Shown: piece after piece, positions 20,718-30,186 of the stretch | Numbering within the stretch: position 1 is the stretch's first letter | How the letters are laid out: each line of letters opens with the position of its first letter | Assembly (NCBI GenBank): GCA_030167865.1 | Contig: JALAGF010003718.1 | Location: 1-41,660, forward strand | DNA: 41,660 nucleotides | Source: Craspedostauros australis | Lineage: Eukaryota | Direction of reading: 5' to 3' | The notes under the pieces: model-generated | Databases searched by the model: none | What the model saw: only the letters and a program-made list of their open reading frames with translations | Told to the model about the DNA's origin: nothing | Made by a program: the position numbers and the translations under genes

Positions 20718-23700
20718 TTACATTTGAAGAAGGGCCGTCACTAATCCATTCGCCGCGAACAACGTAGATGCGATCAGTAGGCATGTAGCAGGCATCGAGA
20801 GCCGTGCGCGATACGAGCTCGATTTCGAAGCGTCATCCGTCCCTGTTTCGTCGGGCGTTTCGGAAGGCGACTGGGTCGGCGATGAAGTCGACAAGGCTTC
20901 GTAGGCGCAAAAGTCAACATCCGACGGGGTGCACACCGGCTCCATCTGTCCACTGCCGTAGGCAGCGATGAAGTTGCATTGCAGCACCGTCGACTGTCGG
21001 CTCTGCACGTGATTCATGGAGGCCTGCACGCCGGCATCGGAGAATGACAGGATGGCAGCAGTCGAACGGAAAGAATTGTCGACAAAGCAACTGTTCTTGA
21101 CCGACAGGTCTCCTGACGTGCGGATCGCGTACCCACGTGGCTGTGAGAAAGCAAAGTCGAGAGAGGAGGATGGGAGAGAGATTGGAAGAATGAGGGGTGT
21201 GTGAGGAAAGCGCACGAGTTGATGTGACACGCCACAGGACAGACCATGGCGGTGGTCGTGATGGTCATGAGTGTGGTGCATGACGCTAGTACTTACCGCT
21301 GGATTTTCCACGTCGTCGTACTCGTTCTTGTCAAAGAGACAGTTATCGATCACCAGATTGCTTTGGTGTGTGTTCTCGATGATACCTGGATACGAGAGGT
21401 TTTCGATCGCTCGGTTGTCCTGGAACAAGCACCCTCGGAACGTCACATCATGGCTCAACTCTTGGATTGCAGAAGTTGCAGCGACGGATTCATCTGTGGC
21501 GGAGGACCGCCCAGAGGCGTCTGCCGGATACCTGCTTTTCGATCGGGAGTCCCTGGGCGGCGCGTCGCCCTGCCATTGAAGCAGGATGGGAACAAGGTTT
21601 GCTTGGTTCTGCAAGCAGAATATCAGTAGCATGTGCAAAATGAATGATGAGGCGACGGAGCCAAATAACATCAAAGCCAAGGGTCATGTTTTGGAGAGGA
21701 AAGCAGCGGACAAAGTTGGCATTGTGAGACGGCAGCATCCTTTGCTTGATCGCAGCAAGGGGAGTCACAAACATAACCGTGCCCATAATCACAAATCACA
21801 ATCACACGCGCAAAACAAAACAAAACAAAGCGATGATACATCTTCATGCGCACGTCCACACAGCTCGACTGCACTGCAACTTACGATGAATGCGCAATCC
21901 ACGAAAGTGGTATCACCGGCAGACTTCAGCACGACCGACATAACTTTCTGCGCGTCAAACGTCAGTCCTCGCACGTGAGTGTTCTCCACAACTTCCTGCA
22001 TGTCGCCATAGGCTCCGTAGAAGGAGAGCAAGGCAAAGTCCCCACCGCGCACGATGCAATTGTTGCTGCGTTTCCCGTCTTCTCCGCACTGGTAAATGAC
22101 ATTTGGTCGGAATTGCAACGGGGCTTGCCCTTCGATCACGGTGCCATCATTCTGCACGTTGCCCAACGAGAAGATCGTCTCAGGACACAGAGTGTACACA
22201 CGGGTGATGGAAGCATCCGCCACGTTGCGTTCCAGCCTGTAGATCTTGGTGAGATCCGTGAAGCAGTCTTCGTATTCCACGATGTACGTCGGCGCCGCGG
22301 ACGGTTGCTCGGAAGGAGCGGTGCTCTCGGTTGGTGTTTGGGATGGGGAGCTCGATGGTTGCGTGCTTGGCGATTCCGATGGAGCGACAGATGGCTCCTG
22401 CGAGGGAGATTGAGATGGGACGGATGATGGGTGCTGCGTTGGCGCATCGGTCGTGCATGGGCATACCTCGTCCACGGCTTGGCGCAATGCGGAACATTCT
22501 TCCGTGGTCTTTGTGCCCTCTACGGCAAGATCGGCGACCTCCTCGCATGTGACAGTGCCGATCAATGGATGATTGAAGGTTGCGTTGAGAAGGGAGACGG
22601 AATGCTGACCGGCGCAGAGTCCGCATGGGAGTCTCGGGGCCTCGGTGGGAGAGAAGGTTGGTGCTTCCGTTGGTGTGCTGCTCGGCGTTGTGGATGGCAC
22701 GGTGGTCGGCTCAGCCGATGACGCGATGGTTTCTTCATCTATTGCTTCGCCAGTGCTGTTTTGCGTCGAATTCGTTTCGTCAATATTTACTTCGGTAGTG
22801 CCTTCTGTCGGCGCAACCGACGGTGCTTCTAAGGAGATGGGCATGGCGACTGGGGACCGAAGGTCATCCACACATCCGCAGGCATCAAACATGTCCAATT
22901 CATACTTAATACGGCTGCAATCTGAAGGGGTCAACGACCGTGCCTCGTCCGCATCCATGATCTCCTGACATGTGGTGGAATTCGCACCGTTGAATTCGAT
23001 TTCCAAGATTGCTTCTGGGTTGATGATGGTTCCTGTGCACACGCCACAGTACGATCCAGTCACATCCTCGACTGCGGAGACGGTCGTCACTGTAGTTGCG
23101 ACAGCGTCTCCAGTCGTAGGAGGAGTTGTTGTGGTGGTGGTTGCGGCAACCGTCGTGCTTTGCGTCGTCTCCACCATAGGATCTGGCACGACACATCCAC
23201 AGACCACTCGAACATCTTCTTGGATGGCGATGCATCGTGGCAACACGATATTTCCATCGATTGCGAGCTGCTGCAGCTCGGAGCATGTGTGCTGTCCGGA
23301 AAGGAAGTTGGTGACGTGGTCCGGTGAGGTCATCACTTCGTTGTCGGCGCAGAACTGACAGACTCCGACTGTCTCTCCCGATCGATTGACGGAGGCCTCA
23401 TCGCCGTTGTCCTCTGTTATTTCCACTTCTTCACTGTCAACATCTGCGGGTAGGTCGGGGATGGAAACATCGACGTCTCCCATTTCCTCCTTCGGCGTGA
23501 TTCCATAGTCGCAACCGCAAACGTAATCGGCCTTTTTCTGCGTGGCTGCGCAGGACTCCTCAGAGATCATGCCCATTTCGCCTGCGCCCATGAGACCGAT
23601 GCAGCTGAAGGTTCCTTCCGCTGTCTGGATCAGTGCGCTGGTTTGCTCCATCGTTCCATTCTCGCAGATCAAGCATGGCGGTGCGCCCGTTTCTTCATTC

Positions 23701-23777
23701 TCGCCATAAGAAGCGTGAATGGATAACGAGAAGAGCAGCGCAGGGAGCAGGATCTTAATCAATTGTAGCGATGCCAT
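20718..23777 (-). CDS. Secreted/GPI-like cell-surface protein, about 875 aa: four Cys-rich modules, S/T/P stalk and beta-helix-like domain; exons 23777-21885, 21608-21297, 21140-20718
   Basis: Signal MASLQLIKILLPALLFSLSIHA; four CxxC..C..C..CGC modules; PSxxPS repeats; YTLCP..QCGEDGKRSNNC; F..C.F repeats; hydrophobic C-terminus. Two GTAAGT..CAG phase-0 introns (21884-21609, 21296-21141). Confidence 0.8.
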
Positions 23778-24389
23778 TCTGTCGATGCTCACTGGACGAT
23801 GTTGTGTTGAAGGAGACTTGCTCAATTGGATCAGGTGTCTTGTGGTGCCGATGTCAAGAGAGACAATGATTGCTGATGCCTGAGACGAATGAGTTACGAA
23901 GATGGTGCTGTTGTGTTGCTGTTGCTTCTGAAGCAGTGGTTGTGAGCAATAATGACTATGATGATGATGACGATGATGATACGATTGGAGTGTACCCTAA
24001 TCCTTTGTATGAAGGCCTCTCCTTTGCTCGTTTGATGGGCTCCAGTCGCTGTCGTCTCTGCTGATGAGCGCAGGAGCACAAGTATTGTCTGCTCTACTCG
24101 TGCTCTGGGTGGTGCTGTTCGTGTTGCGCGGTGTTGACGAAGTTGCGATGCAAAAATTTCGTGAGTAATTTCGTCGTTCTTGTTTTGTGAGGCGAGAGAG
24201 CCGTTGGGGGCAATTTTTGGCACGTCTCGCCATTTTGTCCGAAGGCGCACCTCGAAGGTGCGCGCAGGTAGTCGTGGGTGCGCGTTGAGCTTGTCACGCT
24301 CCTCTCCACGACACACCCCGATGAATATGTTGCGGGCCACACGCGCCAGGCCAGGGCTTGACTGGATTGGACTGGACTTGCTCACATTT

Positions 24390-24406
24390 TGTGATGGCTT
24401 TGGATA
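24390..24406. repeat. Left copy of 17-bp target-site duplication TGTGATGGCTTTGGATA
   Basis: Identical to 32759-32775; flanking bases differ on both sides. Confidence 0.93.
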
Positions 24407-24538
24407 AATAAATAACACAATGATTAAACCCTCTCATGAGGCTGCGCCGGTGGCGCTTTTCTCCGCCTCCTTTCAACTTCGCGCAGGGCGCGAAGGGAGC
24501 ACGGAATCTGTGTATCGTTTCATGTAATGTAGTTGATG
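24407..24538 (-). other. Retrotransposon 3' UTR with GC-rich stem-loops and (TTAT)n tail
   Basis: Hairpins CTTCGCGC-ccT-GCGCGAAG (24477-24495) and GCGCC-acc-GGCGC (24444-24456). (ATAA)3 on the plus strand at 24404-24415 overlaps the TSD by 3 nt. Confidence 0.8.
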
Positions 24539-27500
24539 CTATCCACCCTCCGTAGAACCACCTGGGCCATTGCCGGGGTCTGGATGAGCTTGCCGGCGAT
24601 AACGTAGCCACGTGAGCAGGGCGCCAGAGGCGGCCGGTTCACGTAGTATCATGGCAGCTTGCTCCACCCATACCGCGACCTGCGCTGTTGTAGCCCCTTC
24701 CGTCGGTTGGGACAACAGAATTCGTCGGTTGTCTGCTTGATCTGCCTCGAGGCGAAGTCGAAGTGATTCTGCTCGATTTTCCAGAGCTTGGATCATTTCG
24801 GCTTCGGCCGAGTCTTGACTGTGAAAAAGTTCGTCGTTACGCACCGCCCACTGCTCCCATGCGATGCGCCAGATACGCCGCACCAGCTGCCTTGCCCACT
24901 TTGCCGCTGACCTTCGTGACTGTTGCTGCTGCAAGTATTCCGCCTGCATGCTCTCCCAGTGAGTGACCAGCAGCCCCTTCCGGAGGGACTGATGCCCCAC
25001 TGCGAGCTGATGCTGAATGGCCTCATGGAGCTTGCTTCCCGGGCTGGCTATTTGGAGATAAGCCGAGTTGTCAAACTGACTTCGAAGGATGACAGAAATG
25101 CTTGCCGCCACCGCAGGATGGGTCGGATACCGCTGCAGCCACCTTCTAATGTCCTTCAGTAGACGATGTGCCACGTCGCGCCTGCCGCCGCTGGGACACT
25201 GCCAGAAATGCTTCGCATCCTCGCTTGCTGCACATCCTGGGCATTGGTCCGACAACCGCATTCCCCAGCGTTTCATGCGCTTGCCCAGAGGAGCCTCCCC
25301 GGTGATGAGCTTGGTGATGAGCACCCTCTTCGGCTGACCGACCTGCTGAAGCACTCGGCCTATGGTGGGCCACGCCACATGGGTTGCGTTATCTATCGCC
25401 CGTCGAGAGGTGAGGACGCTGACAGCCTCCTGTTTAGTGCGCTCTCCGGCCACCGCCGCGTAGGTCACGTTCGTCAGCTTTGTCGCCGCCACGAACGAGA
25501 CGCGCTCTCCGCGTATGTGGCCGTTATAGTTCGTCGTGCCGATCATAGAGCTCCGCGCTGCTCCTGCCACCTTGTCTGCGATCACGTTCAGTCGGGCCCA
25601 TCTATCCAGTCTGTTCCATTCCGTCTGATTATCCTGGTGCCCTTTGACATGTCGACCTCGGATCGTGACCGGTAGGTCTGCGCAGCTGTTGCGCACTGCC
25701 CGTAGCAGGTCGGCATCCGTGGAGGACGGCGACAACCGCCACTCCCTGTCCAAAGCCTTCAGAGCACCAACGTTGTCGCAACCGATCTCGACACTGCCTT
25801 CAGCGACTCCATGCACTTCGCAAACCACTGCCAGCATCGTCAGCACCCCGTAGAGCCCCGAGAGCTCCGCCCTGTGCGATTGCATAGTCCCATTGGTTGC
25901 CGGGGCGAGGTTTGCGATAATCAGTTGGGCTGTTGCCCCGCCGTTCTCCGCAAGTATCACTGCCCCTGAGGCTCCGTTTCCGTCGGCTACTGAGCCATCG
26001 CTGCACGCCACCGCTGTCCCCTGCCGTATGGATTGGGCAACCGTGTCCCAGGACCCCGCTATCTCATACTGCTGGACGGACCAGGATTGTGCAGGCTGCA
26101 TGGCTTGAATGGCCATCTCCACGGAGGTCGGTCTCCCAGGTGCCGCAGCTATCCCTGCACTTGTTCCTGTCACGACGATCTTTCCCAAATGGCGGTAACC
26201 ATCCACGAGCATGTCGGGATGACTCACTTCTCCTTCGATTTCTGCGTAGAACCTCCGCCGACTGCGCCGAGGCATTCTGGCGAACACCTTCGAAGGCTGC
26301 GACTTGTCGTGCAGTCTATCACTCTCTGGATCCCAAAATACTAATGGCTGTTGCGATGTGAATCTTTGCCACTGCCCAAGGTGCTGCTCCAGTTGAACGT
26401 TGCCGGTTCTGGACACTGGGAAAATCCTCCGGATGACCTGCTGCCATGCTTTCCAGCTAGCTGAACCCAATTTCCCCACTGGTGGCCAGTTGAGACATGT
26501 GGACCGTAGTGGGACATCGCCAGGTTGGCCGGCCGATGGTAGAAGATGATCGCCGCCTACTGACACTATATCCGACAGCCAGAACACTTTCTTGGCGATC
26601 CGACACAAGTTGATGATCTTCTCCTGCTGTGGACCGAGCGCTAGGGCTTTGACGCGCACCATGATTGGCGCGTCATTTTGTCTGGGGGCATGCAGTATCC
26701 TGCTCTCCCACTGCACTTTGATGCCCACCCCGCTTGTCTCCATCCACAATGACTTCATCCATGAGTCCTCGGCCAAGTGTCCCCATTGTTTTGGCTCCTG
26801 TTGGAACACGTCTGGAACTCCAACCTGTATTGTGAGTAGCTCCACCAACGTGTGCATGAGCTTGCCTGTCAACGTTGACCGCTGCCAATGGCGCGCCACT
26901 GTCTCAAGATGCTTTGTGACTTGCACATAGTACAGATGTTCCACTCCAAGGCCCAGACCTTCACTTGGCCCGAACACCAGTTTACGAGACACGTTCCGCT
27001 GAACTCCAGCCGCTGGCAGGGCTGCCATGAGGACTGGTCGCATGATACGTTCGGTGGCTTCTCGCGAGAACGTCGCACTTGTCAGTGGATATTCAAGAGC
27101 TTTCCATATCGTTGACTTCATGGCGATCCACGCGTGCGTTCGCAGCATGCGTCCTCTCCTCATCTTGTCTGCCCACTGCTCTGCTTTGCTCGCGTAGTAC
27201 TCCTCATTGTCCTTCTGTACACCATCGTGCCTGACCATGACTCCAAGCGCCTTCCTGGCTTGGTCGACACGAAGCCGCAGCAGCGTGGACCTGTCTTGGC
27301 TATCTGGCTGGCGGATGTCGATGTCGCCTGGTTGTTCGTCGATCGTTTTGTATTTCCATCCGGCGCCTTCCCACTTGAACGACATAAGGTACCAGTAGCT
27401 TTTCCGAGGTTCGAGAGCTCCGCCTGTAGCGCGCAGCATACCTTCCCACGCATCTACCACTTGCTGGATCTCCCTGACGCACCCGTCTGAATCATTGACA

Positions 27501-30067
27501 TCCGACTGTACCGAGTGAATTAGGTCCGTGTCATCCACGAACGAGAAGCATACCAGCTTCGTGGACACTTTCTTGGTTGGACTGACGGCCTTGAATCCGT
27601 ATCCACGTGCTGTCATTGCTGCCATGATCGGAGAACTCATTGCCACCCAACCCGCTGGCGATATGCCTAAGCCTTGAAGTAGACCTTGCAATTTGGATCC
27701 GCGATGAGGGTAAGTTCGTGTGGATCTTCCAAAACCTGTCAGCACGTGGTGCTGCATGGACTGCACTGCAGATGTTACACTCTCCCCCACTATGTTGGGC
27801 ACCCCCAGTCGTCTCATGCTGAGCTCAAGGGGAACGTGCGCCATTCTGTCGTAGCAGCTTTTGGCATCGTTTGAACATATGCAGCTGGTGGCCGCTGTGA
27901 TCCTGATGATGTCGTCCGTCATTCTGTTGTTGAGACTGACTTCTGCTGCGCTTCGCTGCTTGTGACTGCCATACTGTTCTTCCGGCAGCATCTGATGTGC
28001 CTCCGCATGTTTCATCATGATCTTGCCGATCCATTTGAGATTAGCGTTGAAATCGCCCTCCACCAAGCTGATGGTGCGGAACCTGGAGACTCGAAAGTTC
28101 CCTGGCTCCTTTAGCAGGGTGACATCGGTGCACTTCAGCCATCGCTTCAAATTGTATCCCGTCCTCAGAGACACCTCTCTCATGATCGCGTCGACGTTTG
28201 CGAGATCATCACACTTGGCATTCGCCTTCCAGAGTCCGAAGTGGAGGCCGGACGGACCCGACGTAGTCTTCTCTCTTGCTTTGGACCACAACTGTTGGTG
28301 GCTTGACATGGTAATGTGGAGGTCGCTGTCCTTCCATGGTATCGCGCCTGTTCTGCTGAGTTCGTCGAGAAGACGGTTGTCATGTTGGTCGAGCTTGCGG
28401 TGATGTTTGCGTCTGGCCGACTGTATGCTCATGCTCCGTATGTCTCGAGCAAAGTTGGGATGCTGTAGCGGGGTCACGTAAGCTTGCCTGTATTTTGACT
28501 CATTCGCTTTCATGCATTGGGTGATGACCGCCTGCTCTTTATCGTACACTTCCTCTTCGCCACTTTCGTTATTGGCGATAACCATCGTCACCTTGCTATT
28601 GGAATCGTAATCTCCCACCACCTGTCGTATGGCGCGAAAGGTTTCCACTATCTCCTCTCTTTTCTGTATGGAAACGAGGGCGGATTCCGCGGATGTGTTT
28701 CCCGCTTTGGCTTCCTCGTCTGCTCTCTGTTGCAGGAAAGTGGCCCGATGTTTCTGCGCGTCCTTTTTTGCCTTCTTCCATTTGTCATGTGCTCGCTTTC
28801 GTTTGTTGTCCAGATCTTCCTTGCTGAGAGTGGCTGTGCGGGTTGTGATACCTGCTTGCCGTTTTGCTCGTTCATACCAGCGGGAACTCACTTTCTTGCC
28901 TCCTCGTCGCTTCCACGCCAAGTTCCAGAACTGCTTCTCCATGGCTCTCTTTTTAACCTCCGGAGAGAATGGCACCTTTCCCATGTGTATAGTCCTTGCT
29001 TTTTTCTCGGCTGCCAACATGATGTCCGTACGGTCGCTGTCGATGGATTCCATTCGTTCCACTTGGTTCGGAGTAAGTGCTTTTGATGATTCGATCTCTT
29101 CTCTTAGACTCTCTGCCCTTCGCTGCAAGTTCACCCGCCTGTATCGCTTTCGGACTTCTGTCTGATACCTTTTGACCGTGATGGGCCGGTTCAGACGTAC
29201 TCTGCGCCCTTCGAATTTGCTGGTGGGTCTACTCGTTGTGCCGAAGACCGAGTCTTGGGTGACCTCTATCCATGCCGTGCGGTGGTCCCAGGGACCGAAT
29301 GCGCTGTACCCTGAGCGCACGACTTGTAGGGACGCCGGCACCCAGATGCCGTCGATGACTCTGTCTGTGCTTGCTCGTACGTTGGTAGACACTCCTGCGC
29401 CCGTTGGGTGCCGACTGAGGATCGCTTCCTTCATGTGTAGCCTCGCCATCATGTTGGCCATCTGAGAACGATTCACCGGCATGTTGATATCACCGCCCAC
29501 TATCACTGTCTCTCCTGCTTCCTTCCACTGTCGGATCGATTCCTCGAGGTCTTGGATCAGTTGCAAAATGGGCGGTGTTTGTATGCCCTGCGACTCTAGC
29601 CATGAGGCCTGCTGGTTATGGACTGTCCCCGCGCTTTGCCCTCCTTTGTTTGGGATGTACACGCTGACGAACCTGATCGTCGTATCGCATTTGCCTCTGA
29701 TCGCCATGCTTGCCCATCTGCCGAGCTTGCGCGGATCATTGGCCCTGCTTTTGTATCTTCCTGTGATATTGCCCGTCATAGTGCAAGCTGTACCGCCCCA
29801 CTGCTTCAGGCTGCCCAGCTGTTCTCTCTCGTTGTACGACAGAGAGTGTCGTTCTGTGTAGACGTGCTTCTTAGTCCTTGATTTCCATGAATTCATTCGG
29901 CCAATCTTGGACCAATTGACTCCTATTTCTGAGAGGAGAGCGACGTCAATCTTCTGCTGCTTGACCCATTGCCATAGGTCGTCGTTTTTCCAATGTTTCG
30001 ACTCAGCCTGGAGACATCCCACGTTCAAGGCGGCTATTCGTATCATAGTGCCGCCTTTGGTGAACAT
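24539..30067 (-). CDS. LINE ORF2 polyprotein: APE endonuclease, reverse transcriptase, RNase H, CCHC-type zinc finger (1842 aa; true start uncertain)
   Basis: APE: LNVG, LSE, GGDIN, IDGI, DH. RT: EEQYG, SNDAKSCYD, LQG, FVDD. RNase H: SDGS, RAEL, CDN, HVKGHQD, ADKVA. Zinc finger: CPGC..EDAKHFWQC. Confidence 0.95.
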   Translation of the reverse strand: MFTKGGTMIRIAALNVGCLQAESKHWKNDDLWQWVKQQKIDVALLSEIGVNWSKIGRMNSWKSRTKKHVYTERHSLSYNEREQLGSLKQWGGTACTMTGNITGRYKSRANDPRKLGRWASMAIRGKCDTTIRFVSVYIPNKGGQSAGTVHNQQASWLESQGIQTPPILQLIQDLEESIRQWKEAGETVIVGGDINMPVNRSQMANMMARLHMKEAILSRHPTGAGVSTNVRASTDRVIDGIWVPASLQVVRSGYSAFGPWDHRTAWIEVTQDSVFGTTSRPTSKFEGRRVRLNRPITVKRYQTEVRKRYRRVNLQRRAESLREEIESSKALTPNQVERMESIDSDRTDIMLAAEKKARTIHMGKVPFSPEVKKRAMEKQFWNLAWKRRGGKKVSSRWYERAKRQAGITTRTATLSKEDLDNKRKRAHDKWKKAKKDAQKHRATFLQQRADEEAKAGNTSAESALVSIQKREEIVETFRAIRQVVGDYDSNSKVTMVIANNESGEEEVYDKEQAVITQCMKANESKYRQAYVTPLQHPNFARDIRSMSIQSARRKHHRKLDQHDNRLLDELSRTGAIPWKDSDLHITMSSHQQLWSKAREKTTSGPSGLHFGLWKANAKCDDLANVDAIMREVSLRTGYNLKRWLKCTDVTLLKEPGNFRVSRFRTISLVEGDFNANLKWIGKIMMKHAEAHQMLPEEQYGSHKQRSAAEVSLNNRMTDDIIRITAATSCICSNDAKSCYDRMAHVPLELSMRRLGVPNIVGESVTSAVQSMQHHVLTGFGRSTRTYPHRGSKLQGLLQGLGISPAGWVAMSSPIMAAMTARGYGFKAVSPTKKVSTKLVCFSFVDDTDLIHSVQSDVNDSDGCVREIQQVVDAWEGMLRATGGALEPRKSYWYLMSFKWEGAGWKYKTIDEQPGDIDIRQPDSQDRSTLLRLRVDQARKALGVMVRHDGVQKDNEEYYASKAEQWADKMRRGRMLRTHAWIAMKSTIWKALEYPLTSATFSREATERIMRPVLMAALPAAGVQRNVSRKLVFGPSEGLGLGVEHLYYVQVTKHLETVARHWQRSTLTGKLMHTLVELLTIQVGVPDVFQQEPKQWGHLAEDSWMKSLWMETSGVGIKVQWESRILHAPRQNDAPIMVRVKALALGPQQEKIINLCRIAKKVFWLSDIVSVGGDHLLPSAGQPGDVPLRSTCLNWPPVGKLGSASWKAWQQVIRRIFPVSRTGNVQLEQHLGQWQRFTSQQPLVFWDPESDRLHDKSQPSKVFARMPRRSRRRFYAEIEGEVSHPDMLVDGYRHLGKIVVTGTSAGIAAAPGRPTSVEMAIQAMQPAQSWSVQQYEIAGSWDTVAQSIRQGTAVACSDGSVADGNGASGAVILAENGGATAQLIIANLAPATNGTMQSHRAELSGLYGVLTMLAVVCEVHGVAEGSVEIGCDNVGALKALDREWRLSPSSTDADLLRAVRNSCADLPVTIRGRHVKGHQDNQTEWNRLDRWARLNVIADKVAGAARSSMIGTTNYNGHIRGERVSFVAATKLTNVTYAAVAGERTKQEAVSVLTSRRAIDNATHVAWPTIGRVLQQVGQPKRVLITKLITGEAPLGKRMKRWGMRLSDQCPGCAASEDAKHFWQCPSGGRRDVAHRLLKDIRRWLQRYPTHPAVAASISVILRSQFDNSAYLQIASPGSKLHEAIQHQLAVGHQSLRKGLLVTHWESMQAEYLQQQQSRRSAAKWARQLVRRIWRIAWEQWAVRNDELFHSQDSAEAEMIQALENRAESLRLRLEADQADNRRILLSQPTEGATTAQVAVWVEQAAMILREPAASGALLTWLRYRRQAHPDPGNGPGGSTEGG

Positions 30068-30186
30068 GGAGTCTCCCCAGTGCTTGTCGAGGAGGTCCGG
30101 CCCTTCCCGGCGCCTTTCCTCCGGGGTTGCACCTGTTCGGCTTGCGGGGGTGGTTGACGATGCTTCGCCTGCCCCCAGCCTGTCAT
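30043..30186 (-). CDS. Possible 47-aa bridging ORF between LINE ORF1 and ORF2 (MTGWGQAKHRQPPPQAEQVQPRRKGAGKGRTSSTSTGETPCSPKAAL)
   Basis: Its ATG overlaps the ORF1 stop (TAATG) and its TGA overlaps the second ORF2 ATG at 30046 (ATGA). There is no internal stop. Translation is unproven. Confidence 0.3.
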   Translation of the reverse strand: MTGWGQAKHRQPPPQAEQVQPRRKGAGKGRTSSTSTGETPCSPKAAL

